From Lama guanicoe (Eukaryota), in NCBI GenBank assembly GCA_013239625.1, contig MU054391.1, positions 2,571,130 to 2,635,129 on the forward strand: a stretch of 64,000 nt of DNA, read 5' to 3'. Numbering within the stretch: the first letter of the stretch is position 1; each line of letters begins with the position of its first letter. Shown here in pieces: positions 49,410-62,880 of this stretch. Both the position numbers and the translations under genes were made by a program. The notes under the pieces were generated by a model that ran no database searches, had not been told where the DNA came from, and saw nothing but the letters and a program-made list of their open reading frames with translations.

Positions 49410-50010
49410 GAGCCCGCCCGCCCCTCGTCCCCTCCCCCAGCCTCTGCCCTCCTCCCCCCTCGCCCTCCAGTGTCCCATGTCCCGCTCTCCCTGAAACCCC
49501 GCCCTCGGCCGCGCCCCAGCCCTCGAAGCCCTCCCTCGGCAGCCTCCTGCTCCACACGCCTGTGAGGAGCCGTGGGCTTGTTTCTGAGCCTCTCGAAGTC
49601 CTCTTGGCACGACTCGGAGCACCTCAGCAAGTCACCCCATCCTAAGTGAATGACTAATAACAGATTAATCTAGAAACTCACGGTGACAGTCACAGCTCGT
49701 GGCAGGGGTGGGAAGACACCACCTTTGAGGACTCCGCACGTGCAGCATCTAGGGGAACCACCCACCCACCCCGCAACCTGCCTCCAGGGACCACTCCCAC
49801 CGTCTGCAAGCGCATCGCTGAAGCGTCAAGCGCCCCGCCCGGGCGCCGCGGGCCGCGCTCGGCTGCAGTTGTCGCTCGCCTGCAGCAGCAGGTGGTGAGA
49901 GGCTGGGACCCCCCCCCCCCGGGGGCAGGACAGCGCCCTCAGCGGGCGGCCGCTTCCTTCCATCGCGCAGATGGGACACCGCGGGGTGGGGGGGACGGCG
50001 GCTCCGTAAT
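49410..50010. promoter_or_regulatory. GC/CpG-rich patch with C-runs (minus-strand G-quadruplex potential)
   Basis: cccgcccgcccctcgtcccctccccc...gcgccccgcccgggcgccgcgggccgcg, and a C12 run at about 49909-49920. Confidence 0.35.
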
Positions 50011-50824
50011 TCAGCCCTCTGATGTTTTATCACAGTCCTCAGCAGCTCCCTGATGAATATTTCTGTGTGCATGCTTCTGCCTGATGATCAGACTCAGAGC
50101 AAGTCCTCACTGGGTTTTCCAGCGCATGGAGAAGGGCTGGTGAGCTTGGCAGATGTCCCACGAACGTTAAATTAAAAGTACAAACACAGCAAGCTCAAAA
50201 AAGAATTCCTACTTTGGTTGGATTTTAAACGTATACACAGAACAGAATTTATGGATGTTCACGTGCTCAAACAGCTTTTAAATATGGTCTGTCCCAAAAG
50301 GCAAGAGTCAGCAAAGTGTCTGACACCGGGGCTGTAGGTCTGACTGCCCAGAAGACACGAGCAGGGGTATTTTAACTTGTACGTGGAGAGCTGGGAAGAC
50401 GGAAAGTAATCAGAAATCTGAAGGAAAAAAGAGAAAAGAAAAACACTGGTTGCATTTAGCTGACGTACTTCCTAGCCGCGTTTGTTACTGTTCATTAATC
50501 ATTAGTGTGATTAATCAGACTCCTGCTCTCAGGGGCAGCCTCCGTCTTCCACAGCAAGAAATCTTTCTTAGAGAGAGCAGTTTAGGGAGCTTATAATAAA
50601 GGAAGAAAATATCAAGGCACCATCTCTCCTTGCCCTTCGCTCTGCCCTGTGGAGGACTCCCTGGTCACACCTGCGATGCTTTAATGCTTGCACTTGTTTG
50701 CACACTTGTCTCCCGCAGCAGAAACCGGAAGCATCTTGAATTTCCATGATAGCCCTGGCCTAGGACACTGTCTGGCCAACAGTATGTCCTCAAAAATGTT
50801 GCCCGAAAATTGAACGAATAAGTG

Positions 50825-51118
50825 AGACACAGGGGAGAGTCTGGGCAGCGGGACTACTCTGTACGATGTTATATTGGTGGGTACATGTCATTACACATTT
50901 GTCTAAACCCACAGAATGTGCAAAGCCAAGAGGGACCCCCGAATGCAAACTCTGGACTTTGGGTGATGTAGGCTCACTGGCTGTGCAGGCGCACTCTTGG
51001 TGGGGGTGCTGACGGTGGCGCAGGCCGTGCGCCGGTGGCGCAGGGTGTATACGGGAAATCTCTGTCTACCTCTCAGTTTTATTCTGAATCTAAAACAGCT
51101 CTTAAAAACAAAGTCTGG
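50825..51118 (+). mobile_element. L1MC1/2-type 3' end
   Basis: actactctgtacgatg...acatgtcattacacatttgtctaaacccacagaatgt...ggactttgggtgat...gggaaatctctgt...aaaacagctcttaaaaacaaagtct. Confidence 0.88.
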
Positions 51119-52998
51119 ATTTTTAAAAAATTGAATTGACAATAATTAAATTAAAACACAAATTCATTTCCATAATGTATTTATGAAATTTTTTAAAGCC
51201 TTTGATAAAACTGATGTGTTCATTTTTAAACGATCGTCATAAATTCTCAGGTGGAAAGGCATCTCAGACAGCACGGGGCTGAATGTTCTCATGTGACATA
51301 GGTGCCGACTGCGGCCCCACGAGTGCTGGCCATTTGTCGTGGGTCACAGTGTGAAGCTAGAACCCCTTCTCCTTACTGCGATCCAGAGTTCTTTCCTGCA
51401 TCTGCCTCATGCTCTGGCGACTTGATCAGAAAAGTGAGACAGGCCTGTGTGTGTGGATGTGTCCCCAGATGCCCGCAGATCTGAATCTCAGGTCCCGCTC
51501 TGCAGCTGAGGTCGGTCGGTCCATCTTCCATCCCTAGGATATGTTCGCTCACGTCTTTTTGTCATTTACTCAGAAGAGGTGTGGCCTCTTCCCTTACACG
51601 TCCTCGGGTCCCCGAAGCTGCCATCGTGGGACTCTTTACCTCCTCTTTGCCTCAGACACTTGAAGAGCAAGCACCTCCCGGCAAGGCCCTGGGCTTTCGG
51701 CCCATTGCCATCCGTCTCCGTCCTCAGATACAGGACCAGAGCCGAGCTGCGGCCTTCCCGGGGCCGCTCCCCGCCCTGCCTGGCCTCGGGTCCGAGATGG
51801 CACCCTCCTCCTCTGAGAAGACGTCTCCTTCTGTGGAAACTGGCTCCTGCTCTTCACTCCCCATGCCCCACCTCCAAGAAGGCTTCCGGAAAGTTAAGTG
51901 GAATATGGTCTCCCCAAGCCTGGGAATTCTTGCTGCTGTTTTGAACTACCTTTGAAACACTTTTCTCTTGGAACCCTTGTATTTTTTAACCTGGGTATCA
52001 GTCTTTATCTCCATCAGCATAATATCTTTATAGGCTGGAGGAATCTCATATATTCATCTATGCAGGACTGATGATTTGGATTATTTTAAAAATATCCTTG
52101 CAAGGGCACTGAAATAGAAGCCAGTTCCTGGCCGACCTGGACAGGTGCTGAGACCACTGAACAGGTTCCCAGCAGCTAAACTGCAGACCTGCTCCCCCTG
52201 CAAGGACCTGGCACCGGGAACTTCCTAACAGGCCGTAAACTGCAGGCACGCACCGAGATTAACCACGCACGGATTAATCTGACTGGGCTTGATCTGGCGA
52301 CTGCAGGTGGCAGAAAGGTCTATCTTGGACTTGCTCTGACTTTTAGTTGCCTCCTGATTTTGTATTTTATGATTCATTTCAACATGTGGACCCTCTGGCG
52401 TGGTTAAGGCGATCAGTGGACAGTGGATCACGAGGGAAATAAGTTAAAGGGGACACGGTGTCAGAAAGTCCAGCTCGGGGTCCTCTCTAGGGGACCGTGG
52501 CCGCCACGTGGAAGGCCCCTCTGAGGACATGGGCAGAGCTCCAGGGTCCACTCCTTTGCCACCCTCCACGCATGGTGGGCCGAGAACAGCCAACGACTTG
52601 GTGGAAGCCAGAGATGGGGAAGCTGGCGTCTCTCGTGAGTGTGTGGACTCAGACCTGCATCCCCCGGACCCGAGGCCCGAGGGGGCGATCAGCCCAGTCT
52701 GTTCTAGTCCAGGCACCCAGACCTCTTCTCCAGACGCCAGGTGGACCGTACGGGCCCTCTCGGGGCTGTTTTGTCTGGTTTGGCCAGTGTGCGGTGTACC
52801 TCCGGCTTCAGTCTTTACAACTGCTAACAGATATGCCTGGGTATTTTCAAAGATTTCTGAACAACAGATTTAATTTGCTGAGATCATTTTTATGATTACT
52901 TTTAACAGAAACAAAGTGACACTTTGTCTTTATTCTGAATGGCTTTTAACTGCTCTTTTTTTTAATCTCTTTGTGTATATATATATATTTGTATTTCT

Positions 52999-53150
52999 GT
53001 TTTTTTAACACCTTTATTGTGGTCTGGCTCCTGTACAGTGAGCTGCACATAGTTCAGTCATACAATTTGATGAATTGTGGTAGTTGCAGATGCCCATGAA
53101 ACCACCACCACAGTCAAGGTGGCTAACATTTCCATCACTCCCCACGAGGT
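52999..53150 (-). mobile_element. L1MB3/4-type 3' end (part of a composite insertion)
   Basis: ttttttaacacctttattg...ctgcacata...tacaatttgatgaatt...cccatgaaaccaccaccacagtcaag...acatttccatcactccc. Confidence 0.75.
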
Positions 53151-53474
53151 GCAATTTTTGAACTTCCAGTTTATCCCTTCCCACCTCCTTTAACCCCTGG
53201 TAACCATAAGTTTGTTCTCTGTGTCTTTGAGTCTGTTTCTATTTTGTAGAGACGTTTATTTATGCCCTTTTTTTCAGATTCCACATATAAGTGATCTCAT
53301 ATAGCATTTTTCTTTCTCTTTCTGGCTTTCTTCATTTAGAATGGTGATCTCCAGGTCCATCCACATTGCTGCAAATGGCATTATTTTACTCTTTTTTATG
53401 GCTGGGTAGTATTCCATTGTATAAATATACCACGGCTTCTTTATCCTGTCATCTGAAGATGAACATTTGGGTTG
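53150..53474 (-). mobile_element. Camelid-type L1 ORF2 end and proximal 3'UTR, lacking its own 3' terminus
   Basis: tttatcccttcccacc...ctggtaaccataagtttgtt...agattccacatataagtgat...ccaggtccatccacattgctgcaaatggc...gtagtattccattgt. Confidence 0.9.
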
Positions 53475-56400
53475 GTTGGTTTTTAACTGCTTTCAAAGCA
53501 CATCTATGATTTGCCAACATTTTATTAAATCTTTCTGTACCTCACTGGGTGGCAAATTTAGCATCTAATACTATGAATATGAAAATTAAAATCTGTGTCC
53601 AGTACAAAGAAGAGGTACTGCGTCTGGGAGATTTATGAAATATCTCAAGAAATGGGACAAACTATATTCCAAGTCACCCGCACCTGGAACCTGATGAGCT
53701 ATTAGGAGCTCGTGGACCTGCTTCGAGAGGGGCTCAGCACATCCTATGTCCCCTGTGTGAGGTGCAGATTAAAAGCCTAAAGCGACTTCATATTCATGAG
53801 TTTCCCATACTCGGAATGTGCATTTTAAGCCACTTCATCAGTGTCCTCTTGATCCAGAGCTAACTCTTCCTGTCCAGCCTGAGTGTTAAGTATAACGCAT
53901 ACCCCCAACGCTGCTGTGTTCCGGAACACGTGAGCCTCTTCTTGAAGGCAGAGGCGCTGGCCCCAGCCCCGGTGCTGACACCGAGCTGGGTGTTCTGGGA
54001 GCTGTTTAACTCCCCACGGCTTCCCTGCTGAGAGAATTTTCTTATCAGCTTCTCCCACCCACGTCTAATTCATGCTGATCCATTCCAGAAGATAAGCCCT
54101 GCTGAGATGGACTCTGGGACAGGGTTCACGGACGAAAGATTTATTCAAATTTTCTAACGTTGACAAGCAAAGGAAGCACCTGCAGAAAAGGTAAACCTCT
54201 TTGGAGAAAGGCAGAGAAGAAATAACATATTGTTGGGTGAAAATGTGGAAGATGGAGTTCATTTTCTGCCTGACGGGTGGGTTATTCAGCGCTCTGTCTG
54301 AGGAGCAGCCGGAGCAGGGAAGACAGATTTGGTGTCTGGCAGATGCTGGGCGTCTGAGCTTGGCGCTGTCCCCCAGACTGCGCCCCCGTCAGGGTCTGCA
54401 TTTCTCAACGCCCGCCTCTGGCAGTCATGACAGGCAGCACCTTCCACATCCTGGTACCCGTGGAAGGATTCAAGTATTTGCTTAGATCACCAAGTCAGCG
54501 GGGGAGCTGGCTGCCCCCTGAGGACTGAGTCAATACGTGCGTATTGATTAGTGGTACCGATTGGAGTAATATTGAATGCCTGGCGTAACTTCATCTCTCA
54601 CTGCGTACCCATGGGCACACACCGAACTGTGAATCTAAGGGGCACCGCTTAATGAATTTGTGTGAAGCCAATGCACCTCCTGAGGAAATAATTTAAAGGA
54701 GTATTCAGATTCTGAGAGTTTTTAAAGGTTTCTTTACATGTGAGGAATGTTATTTGTCCATCCTGAGCCTTTTAAAATCAACTGCCCCAACTCACATGAA
54801 TGCACCAAGTTAAAGTTTCAGGGCTCACCCCAAGACAGCCCTGCTGATATGTGGGGACACCCCTCCTTCCTGTTTGCATCTCTCTGGTGACTGTCACCTG
54901 CCTTGATGCTCCGTCAGGTCCGCATCCACATGGCTTCCACATACTGAAGGAATGCCTGCGTTCCTGACCCTGCACCGTGAACTTCAAAACCATTATGGCA
55001 TTTCAGCCTCAGCGGAGACCGAAGCGGTGTGTTCCCTCCAACAACTGAGGAAGTGGTGCCGACTTGACGCCCTCAGGTTTGTGAAGCTGATTCCTGGAGG
55101 TGGGTCGAACCTCAATTCTATTTCTTCTCCAAACCTGTGACATTAGTACTGTCAATTTCCTCCATCTTCCTACGCAGCCTCGTTTGGGCAGCTGCCTTGA
55201 CCGGCTCTCATCACTGACCTCCATTTCTTCCCCTTTCCCACAAGTTAATGTCACCGTGCTCAACCCTCAGGTGGGACATCAGGCAAATAATCTCCGGTAA
55301 GAGAACTTCTCTGTTGCTTCTGTCTTGAAAGGATCCCCCAGGACTCCCTCCTCCTCGGCACCAGGGGAAGAGAACTGGTCAGTGCCTCTTGTGTGTTCGA
55401 GAAAGATCACCAGCGACATTAGAAAATGAGAAATGTTCTGATGGCCAGGTCTTTCAAAAATTAGGAGTTTACCTTCATTTAAAAATCAGGTGTCACAGGA
55501 TCTACGTACTCCGGCATGGGCTTCCCATCCACCACTCACCGAATCCTGTCTACCACCCTAAGGACAGAGTTGGCCTATTTTATATATGAGGAAACTGCAG
55601 CTTAGAGGCACAGGTGGTTAGCTGGTGAGATCGGTGAGTCTGGGGGTGGGGGTGGACGGAGAGTAGGAATGTGTCTGGTAGAGGCAAACCACCAGAAGGC
55701 AAAGGGACAGACCAGGAGAGCATTTTTTTATAGTGTATTGTTCTCGAAGAAATCACGTAACATGTATCCATCCACACAGATTCTGGGTAAGTACCCACAA
55801 ATGCCCCAAACCCCTCTTTCTCAATCTTACTTTGGGTTAAGTTCTTTCAAAGCTTCTCAATGTGAGGGCACATTCTCCTAAGAAAAGGACAAACTGTTAA
55901 GATTGGAAATGTTCTTGTTTCTCTTTTGCTTCCTTCCAAAAAGCACCAGAACGGTAGGTGCGACCAGAGGTGTGGACTGCGGAGGGAGGCCTGGGTGCGG
56001 GCAGCTGAGAAAACCTGTCTTCTCGGCATTTACTCTGAGCAGGGGCCAGCTGAGGTCAGCTGCTTGGGGACTGCAATGGACAGTCATGTTTGTTACAAGA
56101 ACGAGGTGAAATCCCAGGACTGTCTGACTCAACCAAGTACACTTGACTTGGAACGGTTACAACCTCTCCAAGGTGACCTGCAGAACACTCAAAGGTGCAG
56201 CCTCGTGCAGGGGCCGGAGGCATAGCCCTGGCTGCCGGGATGGCCTGCGAAGGTGCCCTTTTAAAGAAGTGCAAATGCCCCTGCTGTTTTGCGTTGCCAA
56301 GTCCCAGGTTTCCTGTCACCAGGTCACGCCAGGGGATCTCTCTTGAGCCCCCAGGGCTGTTTCCCTGGCCCAGACTCTCATCTTTTCTTCCTGGTTTCTC

Positions 56401-57539
56401 CTGAGAATCTACAAGACTCTTCTCCCTCAGATCACTGTGTTTAAAACCCTGGGCACATTCTCCTTCAGTAAAAGTGCATATTTTGAAGGTAATCTAAAAC
56501 ATGAAATTCTGAAATAGTGTTATCTGAGGTTTAGAAGGACAATACTAAAAATGATAACTCAGATTCGTATCTGTGTTTTGAAAGATCTCTTGTCTGGTTC
56601 TGATGGGCAACCTAAGAACTAAGTCTCCGTCCCCAGCACTGAGCAATTTCCACTCAGGATATACATCCTGGCCCGTGTCTGGTTGTCATGTCCAGGCTAG
56701 AGCCCTGCCCCCACACTGGGTAGAATCTCACATGAGAGCAGTATTCCAGCTCTGAGTCTTAGAAAACAGAGCTTACAAATTGAGTCAGTTCAGTTACTGG
56801 AGGGAAACCCCCACCCTTTACCTGTGCCTCCCAAGAAAAAAGTGACAATTTTTATATTTTTGGTATGATTTTTGAAGTGTCGTTTCAGCCAGGAAATAGG
56901 ATGCTTGACTAGTTAACTGTGTTCCCTGAAGCTCAGTTTCAACCCAGACTGTCATGAAGTTGAAGGCACTTTAAAGGGAGACAAAATGAACCTCACCTCA
57001 GTGCGACTTGATGCATCTCTGAAGTGGTAAATTAGGGGTGCCAGCACCCCCACGTCAGACGCCAGCACAGCCCAGGGTTCATCCGTCTCTGGGGCGCCAG
57101 GGTTTTTTATTTTTTCCTTTTAAAGAAAGAACCACTTGATTGAAGATAAGATTTACCTTTCTGAGGAATATCTTGTTCAATATATTTTGAAATGCACTTC
57201 AAGGTTACCTACTGTATGTCACTTAAATTGGCAACTGCTGAACCATCGCAGCCTCCGAGTTGAATCCCAGAGGAAAAGATGATGAAGGAAATCGGGATTT
57301 ATCAGAAATGAGAGAACAGAGCCATTCCTGACCTATCCTGGACCAGAGCGCTGGGACCTTAGGACCTCAGAGCCAGACACACAGAGCCTCAACATCCTCT
57401 AGTTCAGACGTGGTGGTCTTACCAGCTCCGAGAATCTCTGTCATTCCCTCGCGTCCAGGGGCCCTTATGACAATGTTTATTTGCTAAGCAAGCTGGGCTT
57501 ATGAAGGAATAACTGGTTGGTATTGCAATTTGGAACTGC

Positions 57540-57712
57540 AACGCCCGCTGAAGCTCTTCCCTGTCCTGAGAGAACCGCAAGGGAAGGGGGGGGCGGGGCG
57601 GCCCTGCACGCGGGCCCCGCCCCCGCGCCGAGCGCCGGCCCCGGAGACTCGCTCCGTCCTTCCAGGGCTCACGCTCCCTGTTGGTCAAACGGTTACTCGT
57701 GGAAGAATTCAG

Positions 57713-57753
<41 letters not shown>

Positions 57754-58090
57754 GTTGCTCAGTGTGTAACAGCCTCCTAGTAGAGGCAGTTCTCATCACA
57801 GTGACCTGGAAGAATTCCAGGCCAAAGCAGAGCGTGGTTTCCCTCTTTCTCGGGCCTCCGAAACGTTGAGAAGAGGGCGAGGAGGAGGATTGTTTCACCA
57901 GCGCCCCGGATGGTGAGGTTGGGAACGGAGCTGCTCCAAACTCATTCGTCAGATGAGGACCAGGAAGCAAGGCGGAGCTCAGGGAAGCCGCGCGGCTCGA
58001 GGGCTGAACCTGCGGCTCCGCGATGCGGGAGGTGGGGCGGAGCCCAGGCGCGCGGGCTGCAAAGCCATGGCCCTGCCCGCGACGGTAAAA
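57540..58090. promoter_or_regulatory. CpG island-like region with GC boxes flanking a (GT)n tract
   Basis: ggggcggggcg (about 57590), ccccgcccccgcgccg, ggggcggag (58034), many CpGs. Confidence 0.5.
57714..57751 (+). repeat. (TG)n microsatellite, about 19 units
   Basis: Perfect tgtgtg run. Confidence 0.97.
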
Positions 58091-59659
58091 CAGAGGCAGT
58101 GCATCCCGTTTTCTGTTTGTTTTTTTTTTTTAAATTAGGATACATGCATTGGGATTAAGAACATTAGTTCTTAAAGGTAACAGGAAAGACTAAAGATAGC
58201 CTCTCGCTGTGAGGATGCGTTTGAGCAAATTCAGCATCTCCACGGAGTCTGGGGCCCTGTGTCTTGAGACCTTAATCACTCATGCATGGCTCCTCGAAGT
58301 ATTGGGCCCTCACGGAGACTGTTTCAAGGTTATTTTCCTTCTTTATTGGTGTCCTGAAGGCTGCTGTGGTCAGAAGATGTTTTACCCCAATTAGACTTCC
58401 CCTCAGCTAAGCCCTTCTGGAAGGTTCCATCCCAGCCACCACGCAGGCCCAGAAACACGAAACACGAGGGCAGCTGGACTCACGGCGGGCCCCCCGGGCT
58501 GCTTAATTTCCCGTTATGTCTTTCTATGACGTTGAATGTTCACTGTTTGCCTTGGTGTTTGCACTGTTGTGTGTGTGTGTGTTTGTCTGGCGCTCTCTTC
58601 TCCTCAAGTTTGTGAGGAATCAGAATTTACTAGAACCTAGTACACAGGCCGCAGAGCTTCATAAGCCAGAGGGTTGCTTTCCGTTTTTTGTTTTTCCCGC
58701 CACTGTTTACTGTTTCCTGAGAATCAACAATAGCAGGTGAAGGCGCGCCGGTTACCGCCCACGCGCGCTGGACTGCTGAGGGAAAGATGCGCCTGAGAGC
58801 GCCTGTGCTCCGAGGCCGTGAGCATTCCAGGGCACCTCACACGGCATCTGGGACAGGAATTCAAAAAAAAAGAAAAAAAAAAAAAGAATGGATGAATGAA
58901 TAACTGAGCAAGATCTACAAAAGCACCCAGTTTCATTCTTCCTTAGCTCTCTCATTCCACACAGCGGGCTGCGGTGACGACATATGCATTGGCTTAAAAA
59001 AACGCACGAACTGGAAAAGGAGGCAGAGTTATTTACACGACAGGAGTGATGTCTGATGAGCCGGGGGAAGCAGCCCGCTCCGGGCCCCTCCCACACGCAG
59101 TGCTCGCAAAGCTTCACGGCGAAGGAGCCGCCCTGCGGCTTCAGGAGAGGCGCCCGGGGCGGGCGGCAGGGCTTCCGGGCTGGGGATGCGGACGGCACTC
59201 CCGTGGTGACCTCCATCACGGCCACATCCCGGCAAGGCCCTCAAGGACTTTTCCAATGGAGAAATTTCCACCTTAGTGAGAAACGTAATCTTCAGAGTCC
59301 GAGGGAAACCATCCCAGGCACCTCCGCTGACCGAAAGGAGAAATACTAAACATTCAGCATGTTGTCTGGGGCAAATGTTAAGACTTGGCTGGAATGTTGT
59401 CTCTCATGATCATATATGTCACTTTCAGGGAACTGTTTGTAATTAAAAGAGTCAAATTATGATTCAGCTGTCCTTGGGAGATCACAGCCTGTTAAAGAAA
59501 AATCACCAAGCAGGCACTGCATTAAAAAATAACAAACAAAACAAACAAACAAACAAAAAAACAACTGCTTTTGCAAAACACATTACAAATCCAATGTAAT
59601 TTGCTTTATGTTGAGCTCTGCGGTCGGCAAGCCCACATCTGACGGGCAGGAGGCAGCGC

Positions 59660-59885
59660 GGTGTCAGGCAGGGTCATGGACTCAGCTCCAGAGTCCTCTC
59701 CCGTTACCGGCCGCCCGACCTGACACGGGGCACCCAGGGCCTCTGAGGGTCCGTCTCATCGTGGCTGCATGATAGCTCTCACCAATGCTGTTGTCTAGAA
59801 AATGAAGACAATGTATATAAAGCACCTTTCACAATATTTGCATTGGATAAACTGATTATTGTTCAGTTATTATTATTATTAATGC
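59660..59885 (+). mobile_element. MIR SINE (GC-shifted 5' part)
   Basis: ctctgagggtccgtctcatc...aatgaagacaatgtatataaagcacct...ttattattatt. Confidence 0.55.
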
Positions 59886-61879
59886 CCACCTAGAGCTACA
59901 AACTTAATCTCTATGCTTTACATTTTTTTCTAATTAACATGTCTACCAATTAAATCATACCATGTCTTGGTTACATGTTCTAAGCTGATGTATCTGCAAA
60001 GTTGGCCATCACATAAAAGAAAAAGCAATAATTATCTGTGAGTATGTGTGTGTGTGTGTGTGCAGAAGAAGGAGCTCCTTTCACACCAGACATTTTGCAC
60101 ACATCTGACTGCTTAATCCCCACACCGTCGTCCACACATAAATGAATCAATGACTAAACGGACGGGAGGGACCTGTGGCCTTGCCCAACACCACCCAGAG
60201 CCGGTGGGACCCTAAGCTCAAGTGCCACAGACCACGCGTGTCTGGTTCACAGACTCTGTCCCCAAAGCCCCACACACACCTGCTACTCCCTGAGTGCTCA
60301 TCACTTGTGGGAGAAATAAGTGAGCTCGGGTTCAAATCCTTATCTGGCTGACGAGTCTCACCGCCGTGATAACTCACTGCCTCTTCCGGCAAGCCCTGGC
60401 CTTCATGGTTGTAATTCACAGTCCCTAGTGAGGACCTTTCACGGGCTGGCAGGGCCACTTCCCAGACCAACCAAATGAGACCTCTGTGTGTGGAGTCGGG
60501 GCACGTGCGTTTTCCCCGCCGGGTACTGTGATGCCTCGGGAGGGGTGATCAACCATCAGAACCGCGTGGGGAGGGAAGCTACCTCTGAGAAGGTACCAGC
60601 ATCAGCAGGAGAGTCAGTCCTGAGAATCATTTGGATCCTGGTAAGATTACTTTCTTAAAGAGACTTCCTAAGAAATTGCATTTCTTCTTAAGTTTGTAAA
60701 ATTTATCATTTGTCTTATGGGAAGGCAGTGGCACTTCTATTAGGTTTTAATCACACAAAGTGAGTTAGATTAATTACTATTTTCTCCCCTTTAGAATCTC
60801 TGGGAAAAAAATGAGCAAATCAAAGATGCATTTGTCCGTGATTAATTACAGGCAATAAGACTCACCACATCCAGAACTGGGCTGCTTTTGCCCTCAGAAA
60901 GCTGATTCCATCCAGGTGGCACAGACCAGTTCAAGGACAAATGCCTTGAAGGAATGTCTCTACAGACTTTTGAGATGGACATCTACACAGGTTCTCAGAT
61001 TCAAGTGTAAAACCTCTACCCTGGTGTTCTCACCTCTGAGATGCTGTCTGGATCCCAGGCTCTCTTGAGGAAGGAGGCACCACCTGTCCTGAAATTTGAG
61101 GGCACTTCTAAAGCCATGTGAGACTTCACCTGTGTAGAGGACAGAGGGGCCAAGGACATTGTTTTAGCTCAAACTTTTTATACCTGAAAGTAGGTGGCTC
61201 TTTGAAAATAGATGTTAAACACCATACTAAGAAATCAGAAACTCAGAAGTATGGTAAAAGCCATCGTTTTTTCTGAAATTCTAAAATTAGTTCCTCCCCA
61301 GTCAAGTATTTTTACATAATTGAAATCATATTGCAGATACAGAGTCAAGTACAGATAATCACAGATGGCTTCCATCTATGTGACACATTCTGGTATTAAA
61401 AGTCAGATACTAGTTCTGACTCTACTGGTAAGTTAGGTGACCTTGGAAAAGCCCAAATTTTTTAGATATCACTTATGAAATTACTATATATTATCAACGA
61501 CCTTTTCTACCACTAGTAAAGTATAATTTTGTAATTGCACAAAAAGTATATGCAATACTTTACTTATCACCAATCAGCAGACAAAATCACAAGTGTTATA
61601 AAAAAATTGAATGCCAGACAACAAGAACACACACAAACACAGTCATTAAAAGTAAACAAATCTAGCTTAAAATGAGAGCAAAGGTCATATCTCTAATAGA
61701 TTTCATTCCCAGAAATTCTTTTTTTGACTCCAATGTTACCCTTCTGTGAATACATTATTTACAATAAATATGTCAGTTTAAGAATGATTTTTTCCCCCAA
61801 ACATTCTATTTTGAAGGGCATTTTATTATTTCAAATGTACATTTAGTTACTGTAATAGCTTCTTAAAAAAAATTGGAAA

Positions 61880-62083
61880 CTTCATAAAGGCAACGTAGGG
61901 CAAATGATGCTCCTTTCCCTGGTGGAGTAAAAATACTCCAAAATTGGCTTCTTTCTGAAATCAATGAGAAAAATTGGGGGGGGAATTTAATATCAATATT
62001 TGCAGATCTCTGGAAATTAACAAAAGGTTATAACAATTCAAGGAGTGTTTACTCATGAAAAATGATGTGTTTTTGCCTCTTTC
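61880..62083 (+). mobile_element. Old L1 (L1M4/L1MD-type) 5'UTR fragment
   Basis: ctctggaaattaacaaaaggttataacaattcaaggagtgtttactcatgaaaaatg. Confidence 0.55.
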
Positions 62084-62880
62084 TCTCACCTCTTTTATTG
62101 GAATTCCCATCATGTGTGTGTTTGCTTAGAGAATTTCAGTGGAGAGAATTTCGCTTTCAGAACTTTAAAGGTGTTGCTCTTCTGCATCTCCCTTTTAATA
62201 TTTCTAACAAGAAATCGGCTGTCATCTTTATATTTTTCTCTGTTTGTAGTGCATATTTTTCCCTCTGGTTGATTTGTAAATGATATTTCTCTCACTGGTT
62301 TTGAACAATCTGATCATAATGTGCTTAGTGTTTTGTTTTGTTTTGTAATATATCTTGTCCTGAGAGTCACTGGACTCCTTGGATCTGTGAATACACAGTT
62401 TCCTCAAATTTGGAGATGTTCAGCCATTTAATGATTCAAATCTTTTTTCTTCCTCCTCCTCTTCCATTTCCTTCAGCGACACTCATCACATGTCTGTCAG
62501 GCTACTTAGAGTGTGCCCACTGCTGCCAGATGCTAACTTCATTTTTTTCCAACCTTCTTTCTCTTTTGTTGCTTCATTTTTTATTGTCTTTTGTGGCATC
62601 TTCAAGATCACTAATTTTTTTTGTCTTAAACATCTAATCTGCTGGTAATCCCATCCACTTTATTTTTTATCTGAAACATTTTCTCTCTAAATGTTTAATA
62701 CAGTTCTCTTTTCTCTCTTCCATGTCTGTATGGAACTTGAATGTGTGGATCACAGTTATAGAACTGTTCAGTGTTCTCATCCGCTAATTCCAACACCTGT
62801 GTCAGTTCTGGGTTTTAATTATTTCTTTCCTCATCATGCACCATGCTTTCCTGCCCCTTTGTATGCTTGGTCATTTTTTT

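Noticed and set aside
57419..57970. 183-aa minus-strand ORF
   Set aside because: Runs through a (CA)n tract and a GC-rich island; no domain
58067..58084. MALPAT resembling the CD8A signal-peptide start
   Set aside because: Only 6 residues, with no following hydrophobic core or Ig exon
5377..61714. Scattered AP-1 (TGAGTCA) and GAS (TTCN3GAA) motifs
   Set aside because: Counts by eye do not exceed chance expectation for 64 kb; only context-supported sites were reported
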